From Paragordius varius (taxonomy: Eukaryota; Animalia; Nematomorpha): a stretch of DNA of 64,000 nucleotides. The notes under the pieces were generated by a model, which saw only the letters and a program-made list of their open reading frames with translations, was not told the origin of the DNA and made no database searches. The stretch lies in assembly GCA_964247055.1 (NCBI GenBank), contig OZ176053.1:11656001-11720000 (forward strand). Reading direction: 5' to 3'. Position 1 is the first letter of the stretch; each line of letters opens with the position of its first letter. A program made the position numbers and the translations under genes. This document shows, piece by piece, positions 38,401 to 50,500 of this stretch.

Positions 38401-41400
38401 ATTAATAAACCGAAATATATAAAAAAATTTATTCAAAAATACATGATATTACTTATTTAAGCAAAAACCGAAAGGTAAAAATTTAGTTAACGTGACATAT
38501 GTGCGATGGTAAAATTGAAAAATATACAAAATATACCGCTCTTTCTATTTCTATCAAGGTTTGATGTAATCTAAATAAAAATTTAGCTTTAATTTTATCC
38601 TTAAAATTAAATAAAGACGATATTTTGCAAAAATTTTGCAAAATAAAAATGGCGTCGAAGTAGTTTGACATGGAACTTTTTTTCAAAACAAAATTTTATT
38701 TAGATATTTTGGTATATTTATATCATTTTTATTAGGATAGAAGCATATATTTAAATTGGGACCGTTTCATTCAGTAGTTTTTTAAAAATCCTAATTCAAA
38801 TTTAGTCTGGGGTATTTAGATACCCCAATTTGAATCGAAGTGTTAAAATAATACTGAAAAATGATAAACTAAGCCATAATGATACATTTCATATTAAGAA
38901 TAAGTTATATTAGCCTGAAAACACATTTATTTTTAGGGTGACTTTGAATGGTTTAAGGATGAAATAGAATCGCAAATCATTTCCAATAATTTAACCCTGC
39001 TTTACCCTGCAAAATAATAAATTAATCTGTAAAAAAGTTAAACTTTTGATGCGCATACATGGATCATGAAATTTGAAATATGCATTTATTCTTTTCATAT
39101 AATAATTATATTTTATATAAGGAGTTGAAATTTGCGACGAAGGCCTGCATAATTTATGTGGAGTCGAACAAAACTGAATGCTTTGACGATCCCAAAGTAT
39201 TTATTTTTACACTTCCTACTCTATTTTATATAAAAAAAATTTTGCTCGTAATATTCAAATTTTAAGATTTTTGTAATAACCCCATTATAATTTGGCTTAA
39301 CTTCGTCAACAACGATAAGGTTTAATTAATGCCTATATTGCATTCAGAATATTGTTAGCACAAAGGAAGGCATACGATTAACCTTAAACGGCACAACAAG
39401 TGTAAAAAAAGGCTCTGTGCTTCTCAGTGTGCATTATCATGGAGAAGCATTCAACCCTTTTACAAAAAAGATTCAATTATACAAAAATTGTTCAGGTAGT
39501 ATATTTAATAGTTCATCATCTTTCATTAACGTGGGAAAGGAATTTTTTGAGTTCCACTTTAAGAAAAAGGACACGGATGTCTATTCACATAATTTGACTT
39601 TAAATATCTTTAAAATTTATGTGTGTCTTATTTAGGAAAAGACGTAATTTTGAATCCAAAGTATGCATATATTATTTTGTTTAACAAGTATATGGTATAT
39701 AGTAATTATATGTTTAATTTATTTTTTTAGAGAGAAAAACAAATTGTATACGGTAAGTATATACTTTTTATAATGGTAATGAACGGATTGGTTATGTTTT
39801 GTAATAACATTTGTTAAAATCCGTAATATAATGATAAAGGATAATTAAATAGAATTAAATGAAATTATAAATAGAAATTATAAACGATATGTGAAACCCT
39901 CAATAGTAATCGCAGACTAGTTTCGTGCTTGTTAGCACTCATCAGTACGACACAACTATTTGACTTGGGGTTTTCACATATCGATTTCGTATATATATCC
40001 AACTTTGCAATTTTGGTATAAATGCAGTTGGTTATACAAATTTAAATTAAATTTAATATAATTTATGAAAAAACTGAAAATTTGAAAATAAACTGAAAAT
40101 TAACTCTAGGGGTGAGCCTAGATTTAGAGTATAGCTACTTAGGGATTTCATAGAAATCAATTTAATAACTAAGAAGCACTCTATTATGATAAGAAACATA
40201 AGATAAAGATGATATTGTAATGGTAATGAACGGATTGGTTATTTGTAATAACATTTGTTAAAATCCGTAATATAATGATAAAGGATAATTAAATAGAATT
40301 AAATGAAATTATAAATAGAAATTATAAACGATATGTGAAACCCTCATTAGTAATCGCAGACTAGTTTCGTGCTTGTTAGCACTCATCAGTACGACACAAC
40401 TATTTGACTTGGGGTTTTCACATATCGATTTCGTATATATATCCAACTTTGCAATTTTGGTATAAATGCAGTTGGTTATACAAATTTAAATTAAATTTAA
40501 TATAATTTATGAAAAAACTGAAAATTTGAAAATAAACTGAAAATTAACTCTAGGGGTGAGCCTAGATTTAGAGTATAGCTACTTAGGGATTTCATAGAAA
40601 TCAATTTAATAACTAAGAAGCACTCTATTATGATAAGAAACATAAGATAAAGATGATATTGTAATGGTAATGAACGGATTGGTTATTTGTAATAACATTT
40701 GTTAAAATCCGTAATATAATGATAAAGGATAATTAAATAAAATTAAATGAAATTATAAATAGAAATTAACGATATGTGAAACCCTTCGTCAATAGTAATC
40801 GCAGACTAGTTTCGTGCTTGTTAGCACTCATCAGTACGACACAACTATTTAAATCTAGGCTCACCCCTAGAGTTAATTTTCAGTTTATTTTCAAATTTTC
40901 AGTTTAATTTTCATAAATTATATTAAATTTAATTTAAATTCGTATAAACTGCATTTATACCAAAATTGCAAAGTTGGATATATATACGAAATCGATATGT
41001 GAAAACTCCAAGTATAGTTGTGTCGTACTGATGAGTGCTAACAAGCACGAAACTAGTCTGCGATTACTATTGATGAAGGGTTTCACATATCGTTTATAAT
41101 TTCTATTTATAATTTCATTTAATTCTATTTAATTATCCTTTATCATTATCGGATTTTAACAAATGTTATTATATACTTTTTATACCCAAAATCATTTTTC
41201 CAATCAATTTCATTTTCTATTGGTTTAAATTGGTTAAATTAATAAGTAATTGCGCTATTGATAATTCTGTTTTTTAACATTTTTTGTTAACAAAAATATG
41301 ATACTATAAGAAATGTTAATATTGTCCATATTAACTTTTAATTTATACAATAAACTAAATTGCTTTATTTTTGTCACACATTCTAGATTCCAAAAGATAA

Positions 41401-44400
41401 GCACAGTGTTTGCTTAGGAAATACAAAGAAATGCGTAACATTAAACCCCGAAAAGAATAAAATAATCGAAAAGGTTGGAATTTTTGTATGTTTAGAGTAC
41501 AGTAAAAATTAAAATTATACAGCCAATTTAATATACTCTCAGAGGCGTAGCACGAGGGGGAAAGGGGACTGATCATTGGGTGCCATACTTAAAGGGCGTA
41601 AAAAATATTGAATTTAAAAATAGGTATTTAAAAGTTATTATTTTAAATAATACAGAAAAAATGACCCATTTTATGAATGGTCTCAGCACGGTTTATTTTT
41701 GATTATTTTTTAAAGGGGAACCATCACAGATTTATGCATTGGTCGCCAGGAATGCAAGCTACGCCTCTATATATTGTATTATCTACAATACAGTAGCGTA
41801 GGGGTAAACACAACAAATGGTTAAAGTTACAATTTTACTATCCTATAACATTATTTTTTAAATAATTATGGACAAAATTTGTTTTATATCATATACAACT
41901 GTATCACCAATTGGCCACAAATGCCAACATTAATGGGCAAAATGAAAGAATTATATTAAAAAGAAAATGCTTTTAACCCTGAGTTTGCCCACATAAACTT
42001 TTAAATTTAATTTTAAATCATATAATTGATTTATTATCAATTTAAATTTTCCTATTTATCGAGGATTAAATTTATATGTTTTATATTGTTTCACTATATG
42101 GATACTTAAATTGGTGCATTAAAAAATATTGTTTGCATTTAAGCGTTTTTATAAAAGAACACACATTAAAGATGTACAACAATTTAGTGTAGCATATTTA
42201 ATCTTATTCTATATATACGGTAATGGAGGTGGGAAAGGCTTGGTATGCCTACCTTCCTGAAGAAGTACCAATTATTTTTGAAGATGTATTTTTTCTCTTT
42301 TTTCGACAGTATTAATAAAAGCCTTTATCCAATGCATTTGACAAGAATTTATCAACCATTTCTCTACTTTTATCTGATCCCCATACAACTTTATTCTCAA
42401 GAAAACACAAACTAAAAATTCAATTGTCCACAAAATATCATTTATTATTCAAAATACAACTCATTTTTTCCTCATATCCTTCATCACAAACCTATCGATT
42501 GTTAACACATCCTCCCTATTCTCTACATCTAAATTAACTATATTCAGACAATGACTGTTCCGAAAAAAACTAATTCCTGTGATGTGCCTTTACGCATTGG
42601 CACGTGGAACTCTCGCGGCACCACCAACAAAATCGAAGTTATCATAAAAGAAATGGTGAAACTCAACATAAGTATATTAGGAATAGCGAATCCCACATTC
42701 CGTTAAACGGCCACATAGAATATGAAAATCACATCCTATTATACTCGGTCATGATACTCTTAAACGAAACGGTGTGGCCCTATTAGTAACCAAATCAATC
42801 GCCAACGCATCCGAAATTCACCACCCACACAGCGATCGCATAATATCACTTCGACTAAACTCGTCTCCACAACAAATAACGATATTCCAACCCCTACCAA
42901 CTCTAACAACGAAGAGTACTCCGAACAATTTTACGAGGATCTCAGTTCAGCTATTGAGAAAGTTCCTAAAAAAGACATGATATTTGTTTTGGGCGACTTT
43001 AACGCGATAGTAGACGATAATACACATCAAATCACTAGTGGGAAAGGATTGGGAAACAAAAACGATAGAGGAGACCGCCTCATAGAATTTTGCAGTTAAC
43101 ACAAATTATTCATATCAAACTCCTTTTCCAACAACCTAAGCGAAGGCTATACACATGGATATCACCTTGCAAGAAGCACAGAAACCAAATTGATTTTATT
43201 CTCGGTATGAAAAATATAAATCTTCCTTTATGGACGTAAAAACTTATCCTGGTTCTGACTGCTATTCTGATCATAATCTCCTTGTAGCTAAACTAAAAAT
43301 TAAAACAGTTCTCTCACGCAAACCAAAATTTCAGCATAAACCTGAATTAGATTTCTCTGCGATCTCCCCCGAGTTTCCTTTGTTACTTGAAAACAGATTT
43401 AAAACACTCGAAATAGACGATGACGCTGAAAATCTTTGGAAAACAATACAAAATATCACTAGCACTACAGCCAGAGAATGCATCCCTATCCAAAAATCCC
43501 ATCTTAACAAAATTAAGCTATCACAAAGTTTAGATTTAGCGGACAAACGGCGCCACGCTAAACGCAATAATAATATGGCAGAGTACAAATCACTTAACGC
43601 AGAGTTCCAAAAAAGCGCTCGGGAAGACAAAAACGATCACTACAATCAGCTGTGCTTGAAACTAGAAAACGCTGCTAAACATAACAACAACTACTTTGCT
43701 GAAGTAGATCACATTGCTCCACGTAGGTCTAAAATCTACAAAGGCCCAATGAGAAAGGAAGACGGAGATATCATCACAGACAAGAAAACACTGGTGGAAC
43801 AATGGGAACAATATGTATTAAAACTATACGGCTCCAGTCCATCGAACGCCGATAAAAACAGTAAGATCTATCAACATGACCCACCGATCATCAAAGAGGA
43901 AGTTGAATGGGCGCTTAACCTTCCCCAAACAACAAATCTGAGGGGTACAACGATATTCCGATTGAACTCATTCGTTTTATCCCAATCCATATCCTAACTG
44001 ACTTATTCCAAAAGATATTTGCTCACGCCTCATTCCCCCAAGACTGGTGCAAATCAATACTCATCCCCATCTTGAAAAAAGGCGATCCTAAATCATTTAA
44101 CAACTATAGAACTATAGCGCTAATCAATCAAGCATCAAAAGTTTTCCTCAAAATAATTCACAGGCGTATCCAAGGCATAATTGAAGCCGAACTTTCTAAT
44201 ACTCAAGCGGGATTCAGATCCAATCGCGGATGCAGGGACATGATCAGCAATATACGTTGGATATTCGAAAAACAAATTGAATTTCAGAAAGAAACCCCAT
44301 CTGCTTCATTGATTTTACAAAAGCCTTCGACAGCGTGAAACACGACACGCTGTGGAAGGCACTATCTCAGATGGGTGTCTCAGATCACATTTTGAACATC

Positions 44401-46475
44401 ATAAAATCCCTTTATTCCAATTCTTCACTAAACATAAAAACCCCACATGGCATAAGTAATTGGGTACAAATGAACAACGGTCTAAGACAAGGTTGTGTCC
44501 TCTCACCCACTCTCTTTAACGTCTGCATAGAAAGTGTATTACGGAACATAGATAAAACTAATGGTATAAGCATTGCCGGCAATATTATATCATCACTCCA
44601 TTAAGCTGATGACACCATACTGCTGTCAAACTCAGTGGACAACCTGAAAAAACTCCTAACTGAATTCTCAAACGAATGTCAAAAATTTGGACTGACGATC
44701 AATTTCAAAAAAACTAAAATCATGACTATAAACGCTCATAATCATTATAACTTATCTTTTCACAACCAACAAATAGAAGTAGTGTCCCAATACACTTACC
44801 TAGGCAGTCTTATAAATACAACGAAACAGCACCCCAGACATTAAAAGAAGAATAGGAATTGCAAAAACAAAAATGATAAAATATAATAAACTATGGTCAT
44901 CACACGACATCAAACTTAAAACAAAAATCCGTTTAGTTAAAGCCCTAATATTTCCTAGCATGCTATATACATCAGAAAGCTGGACAATAAAAAAGGCAGA
45001 CGAAAAATACATTAACGCCTTCGAAATCTGGTGCTGGCGGAAGGCACTTCAAATCACTTGGAAAGATAAAGTAAAAAACACTGTAATCCTTGAAAAAATA
45101 AACCCCGAGATACACTTGATTGGCATGTGCCTCAAAATGAAATTATCTTACTTTGGTCACATTACCAGAGCTAATGACTTGGAATTCCAACTAATGACAG
45201 GCAAGGTCGAAGGATCCAGGAAACGTGGACGCTGCAAGATGCGCTGGATTGAAAACATAACCAAAGAAACCAATCTCTCTTTACAACAGTTAACATCACT
45301 CACTCACAATCGAATAAACTGGAGAAAATACACCTTCGAAAAGCAATAAATCGACAACGATCTTTGCTACAATAATAATCAAACTTAAAAATATAAAGGA
45401 AACTAAAGTCTTGACTTACATGGTCATGGTTTTTGCATCCATGAATACTGAGTAATACTGGCTGTTTAATTTATAATACAATTTTGTAGCTAGGAGAATT
45501 GTAATTCTATGGCTTTGCATAAGGCCCCTTTAATCATAACCCTATAATAATTAAAATACACTTCTCGATTTATCAATATTGAATCAAAACTATATTTTAA
45601 ATACTTTTCTAAGGAATAATGCATTAGCAGTGCAATAAAGTTTAAATTATCACCCAAAAAATATTGATCATTGTCATAATTTGATATAAAATTGAATGCC
45701 TTTTTTTATTTACAAATGAACACCATTAAATAGTATCCCTAAGCGCTCTTTTAAAAACCATAGCCAAAAAATATGACTCTTGCTGGTTTTAGTTAACAAT
45801 TTTATTATATTTGTTAAGTTTGATCTAGTTAAAAATAATTAAAATCAGTGTTTTTGAATTCAAAATTAAGAAAATGCCGTTGTAGTGGGCGGATAATAGT
45901 GTCTTTAACAAACCTTTAAAGTGGTAAAATCATGGGATGATTGGGCATTTAGCAGCTATGATGAACATATATAATATGGATGAAACATAAATTTTGCAAC
46001 GAAAGTTTGAGAGGAATTAAAAAAAGCATAGTCTCAAAACAAGATCCTTTGTAATTACTGAAAAAACTTAGGGGATATTTATTGATATTTAATTACATTG
46101 CTCTGTCCATATTCGGATAATAGCAACAAAGGAATGTATAAATGTCAAAATTAAGGCTGTAATTAGGAAAGTTGCGTCGCATTTAGCATAGTTATTTGAA
46201 TTTAAGGGGCTCTCTAATGTTTTTTACCGTGTAGCCTTACACAATAAACGAAACTGCGTTAAAATTGGTATGGTATTAAAATAATAATAATATAATTTGT
46301 GTTAGAATACTTCTATCAGCTTAATGCCTGCAGGTTTCCTACGATGTAGCAGGGGCCCTAAAATTGAAGGGCTTAAAATCAATATTGGTTAACGTTTTTG
46401 GCCATTCGGTCATATTAATAACTAATTTTGGGTAAATATCTTTCAACCAAGGATGTCGATATTAAATTTGATATA

Positions 46476-46530
<55 letters not shown>

Positions 46531-46685
46531 GATTGAAGCAAATATTAATGGCGACCATATAATTGCGCTAATTTATTACCGTGAAAATGTGACAAAAGAG
46601 ATTAATGCTACTTTTTACAGCGATATAGTTAATTGCCGACCTCTAACCGAAGATATTAAAAAAATATGTCCAGGTTTAGTCGAGG
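32460..46685 (+). CDS. Orphan secreted/extracellular glycoprotein, N-terminal part (continues into the micro-exon array)
   Basis: Exons: 32460-32535 (signal-like MFFKKNLFDLLLLSIIINAGVFVYCG), 33521-33567, 33699-33746, 33827-? (link unresolved), 35092-35110, 35166-35236, 35586-35673, 37144-37303, 39348-39495, 39636-39660, 39731-39752, 41387-41434, 46532-46685. Phases chain without stops from 35092 to 46685. Sequons NYT, NGT, NCS, NVT, NAT; several Cys. Confidence 0.7.
36411..36630. mobile_element. 220-bp Tc1-type MITE, TA target
   Basis: ta|cagtcatatatccttta ... taaaggatacatgactg|ta with ~100-bp imperfect arms; same termini as the 47568 element. Confidence 0.75.
38264..38842. mobile_element. 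579-bp TTAA-target (piggyBac-like) MITE nested in a TATACCATTT MITE
   Basis: ttaa|cactt ... cttcgattcaaattggggta ... taccccaatttgaatcgaagtg|ttaa. Inverted copy at 50730-51306; internally deleted copy at ~47830-48236. Confidence 0.75.
39909..39951 (-). ncRNA. Minimal type-I hammerhead ribozyme, copy 1
   Basis: Sense GUCGUA-CUGAUGA-GUGCU(AACA)AGCAC-GAAAC-UA-GUC^-UGCGAU; predicted cleavage 3' of 39915. Confidence 0.92.
40353..40395 (-). ncRNA. Minimal type-I hammerhead ribozyme, copy 2
   Basis: Identical core to copy 1; predicted cleavage 3' of 40359. Confidence 0.92.
40798..40840 (-). ncRNA. Minimal type-I hammerhead ribozyme, copy 3
   Basis: Identical core; predicted cleavage 3' of 40804. 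Confidence 0.92.
41022..41064 (+). ncRNA. Minimal type-I hammerhead ribozyme, copy 4 (inverted; sense to the host gene)
   Basis: CTGATGA 41028-34, stem II 41035-39/41044-48, GAAAC 41049-53, GTC 41056-58; stem I extended by atagt/actat and a 12-bp cgatatgtgaaa/tttcacatatcg helix. Confidence 0.92.
41540..41769. mobile_element. hAT-like MITE
   Basis: TIR (c)agaggcgtagc ... gctacgcctct; flanking 8-mers tatactct / tatattgt (6/8, decayed TSD). Confidence 0.55.
42560..45380 (+). pseudogene. Second RTE-clade LINE (APE + RT), multiply frameshifted
   Basis: RIGTWN, GDFNA, NQIDFI, SDH, RTIALIN, GLRQGCVLSP.LFN; YADD is destroyed (cat-TAA-gct-gat-gac, stop at 44602-04); C-terminal RKRGRCKMRW; short (A/C)AT-type tail at ~45369-79. 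Lies in an intron of the orphan gene. Confidence 0.92.
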
Positions 46686-47525
46686 GTAAGATATAACATA
46701 ATGATTTATATTTTTAGGATTTCATTTAATTTCGAATTATATCCCTAGTTTGTAATGATAAAATTATCATAATCCATTTTTTTAAAACAAGGATTAGTTA
46801 TTTAAATATATTTTTCACAAATATTTGATTATTTTCCAGCTATAAAAAAAGTTAGCCATAATTAATACAATTTTAAAAATATTGTTTCCACTATGTGGGG
46901 AGAAGGGGTTTTTACACTGAGTGCTAAAGCTAAAGTTAGATTGATCAACCATAATCTATTTTTATAAGAGAAATACTAATGACTGTTAAGTTAAATGGTC
47001 TCATGCGTTTTCCTGCCTATTGTTTTTTTAAAATATTTTGGCAATTACAATAATTATTTGGTTAAACACTAAGAAGACACATTCATAAAATTTTCCTAAT
47101 TTTTTTGCCTATTATTCGTGCTTAAAAATGTATAAGAATTTTCGCATATATACATGCGATGGGTAAAAACACTCGAATATGTTCAAAATGGCCTCACCGT
47201 AAAAGGTTTTATTTGGATGTGTGTGTTTCTGGCTTTGGGTTCCGCCTAATAACTAATTTAAAATATCTAAGCATAATCTTCCTCTTATTATTATTAATGA
47301 ATAAAATACTTAATTATGGTTTAATATGTTTTTATACTTTTTTATCGTAAAATTGGGTAAAACATATCAAGCCTTCTCTCCGAATAAAAAGCAAATTTTA
47401 TAGGAATGGAATAAAGCCTATATAAAAAAAGAAGCCTGATTAGGATATTTTTTGACTTCAGCGTTTCCAAATAGTACCGAAAGCTTTGAGTGTTACATTT
47501 AAATTTATATTATGCATTATTATAG

Positions 47526-50500
47526 CAGAGGAAACTGAAAAAGGTATATATATGTATATATATATTACAGTCATGTAGACTTTATTTTGTTAAAGATTTA
47601 CTTTTTTTCGTTAATTGGGTATTAATATTTGGTAAAGAATATAAAAACAAGAGCTATATGGTATACCATATCATATTCTTTAAAAAAATAAAAGGAGTGT
47701 GGGGGAAGGGCGTCAGAAATCTTTGGTAAAAAATGAAAATCTTTAATATTGTTTAAAGGGGAATGGTAATATTTTTGTTAATTTTTTGCAAAATTTTATA
47801 TATTATTTTTTTTCATAAAATTTTTATTTAACACCTAGATTCGAATTGGGGTATCTGAATATACCACAGACTAAATTTGAGTTAGATTTTTAATAAAACT
47901 AGTGAAAAAAACAGTCCCAATTTAAATTTATGCTTCTTTTCTAATAAAAATTATATGAATATGCCAAAATATCTAAATAAAATTTTGTTTTGAAAAAAAA
48001 GTTCCCTGTCAAACAACTTCGACGCCATTTTTATTTTACAAAATATTAGCAAAATGTCGTCTTCATTTAGTAAGGGTAAAATTAAAGATAATTTTTTATT
48101 TAAATCACATCAACCTTGATAGAAATAGAAGAAGCGATTTATTTTGTTATTCTTTTTAATTATTGCACCATGTCACGTTGACTAAATTTTTACCTTTTGG
48201 TTTTAGCTTAAAAATGAATGTGTTGTATCCAAGTGTTAAATAAAACAAATTAACCTCTTAAATATAGATTTTATGTATAGGTAAAAAAAATATTTATTAT
48301 AATTTTTTTAGGATATCACAATAAATAAAACAAACATATAACGGACAAATAAAAAATTGTGTGTATATATATAAGGGAAAACATGGGAAATGAATATGGA
48401 TTATATAGCGTTTATAAAAAAAAATATTATCGATTCATCTAAATAATAGATTTTGTCCAAGGGTATACCGTTCACAAGACAGGCATACTCAAATCGTTTC
48501 TGAATTAACAACGAGGAATTGCGTTGTTGAATTTCCATAATACACCTTTTGCGCGTGTAGTTTAATATTTTAAATATTTTATATAAGGTTTTTTTGGTTA
48601 TTTTGCATTCTATGGGTAATTTATTGAGAATCTCATCGACAGTCGATTCACAATTACTATCGAGTTGTTTTGAACTGCCCGATAGACCTTCACATTTCGT
48701 TTTTTCCTACCATTTTTCAATGGCTCTTTCTCTATTCCCAGAGTATGCTTCGTCTCATAGCATTTGTGGAACTTATAAACATGTCTAAATCATCTACAAA
48801 ATGACGAGACGATAATTCGTGATTTCTGGGATTCCCAAAAATTTTTTAGGCCTTTGATTTTTTTTCATCTGACCAAAAATATATTCTAAAATTAACAAAA
48901 ACGGTACTTTTCCTTTTTCCTCTACCTTTCAATGAAGTTGTCATATTTTGATTCCCGATCTCATTAACACCTAAATTCTAAACGAGAAAAAAACCATCGT
49001 TGCGAGGCACAATTTTTTGTGTGGGTCTTATATTTTCGTCAACATAATTTGAATCTAACATTATAAAAAAAATCCATCAAGGACACCAGTACAAGTGTCT
49101 ACTATCAATTCATTCCCGCCGATCTCATTAACACTTAAATTCTAAATGAAAAAAAAACCATCGTTGCCAGGCACAATATTTTGTGTGAGTCTTATATTTT
49201 CGTCAACATATTCTGAATCTAACATTATAAAGGAAAAAAATACCCGCAATACCAGGGATACATCCTAACGAAATTGGATCAAATTGATTATTAATATAAC
49301 ATCTATCGTAAAAATCCCTTTTATCGTTCCCATATAAAAACAAAAAAAATTATAATTGAGATAAAAAATTACGATTTTCCTAACCCTTTTATACAATAAT
49401 TTTAAGTGAAGGGTTAGTAGTTAGTGTATTTTCATTTTTACCAAAGATTTCTGACGCCCTTCCCCTTTACTTTTTATTTTTTTAAAGATTATGATATGGT
49501 AATACCATATTGCTCTTGTTTTTATATTCTTTACCAAATATTAATACCCAATTAACGAAAAAAAGTAAATCTTTAACAAAATAAAGTCTACATGGCTGTA
49601 ATTTTTATTAGAAAAGAAGCATAAATTTAAATTGGGACTGTTTTTTTCACTAGTTTTATTAAAAATCTAACTCAAATTTAGTCTGTGGTATATTCAGATA
49701 CCCCAATTCGAATCTAGGTGTTAAATAAAAATTTTATGAAAAAAAATAATATATAAAATTTTGCAAAAAATTAACAAAAATATTACCATTCCCCTTTAAA
49801 CAATATTTAAGATTTTCATTTTTTACCAAAGATTTCTGACGCCCTTACCCCCCACTCCTTTTATTTTTTTAAAGAATATGATATGGTATACCATATAGCT
49901 CTTGTTTTTATATTCTTTACCAAATATTAATACCAATTAACGAAAAAAAGTAAATCTTTAACAAAATACATACTACATGACTGTAAAATAATACTGAAAA
50001 AATAATAACTATGCCATAAACATATATTTCATATTAATAATGAGTTATATTAGTTCAAAAACATAATTTATTTTTAGGGTGAATTTGTTGTTCAGGGGGG
50101 AATTTGAAATGTTCGAGGGTGAAATTGAATTGTTCAAGGATAATGTGGTATATTAAACTATTTTTAAGCGTGGTCTTACTGACTAATTCTTTTTTGAACG
50201 TGTTACTTTGAGGGCATGTAAAATTAATCTTGCAACATTTTTTAAAAATATTTTACCAAGTTTGTCGATAAAGTTAATATATTTTCAGTATTTGTCTGGT
50301 CCATTAGTTTTTATTATGTTAAATATACCTTTAATGGTATTATAAAACCAATGAACGTAATTCTATAATATAGAGATTAAATCATGTTAATCATTCTGAT
50401 AAATTACCTATTTAATGACTTAATTAGATGGGCGAAATGCGTAACGGATGAACAATATTTACAATAAATTAATACAATGGATTTTTTTTTCAAACATTTT

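Larger units (their letters stand above)
39773..41169 (-). mobile_element. Non-autonomous hammerhead retroelement (Penelope-like pLTR / retrozyme type): ~2.4 tandem 444-bp units plus an inverted 319-bp unit, 15-bp TSD
   Basis: Unit starts (atggtaatgaacgg) at 39773, 40220 and 40664; inversion junction at 40850/40851; TSD tatatactttttata at 39758-39772 and 41170-41184; no ORF. Confidence 0.88.

Noticed and set aside
42200-42550. Minus-strand stretch ending LVLLQEGRHTKPFPPPLPY, faintly like an LTR integrase GPY/F region
   Set aside because: Multiple stops, no catalytic motif, no LTRs.
46840-46850. 11-nt candidate exon after 46685
   Set aside because: It changes phase (1 to 0) and would break the downstream phase-1 chain.
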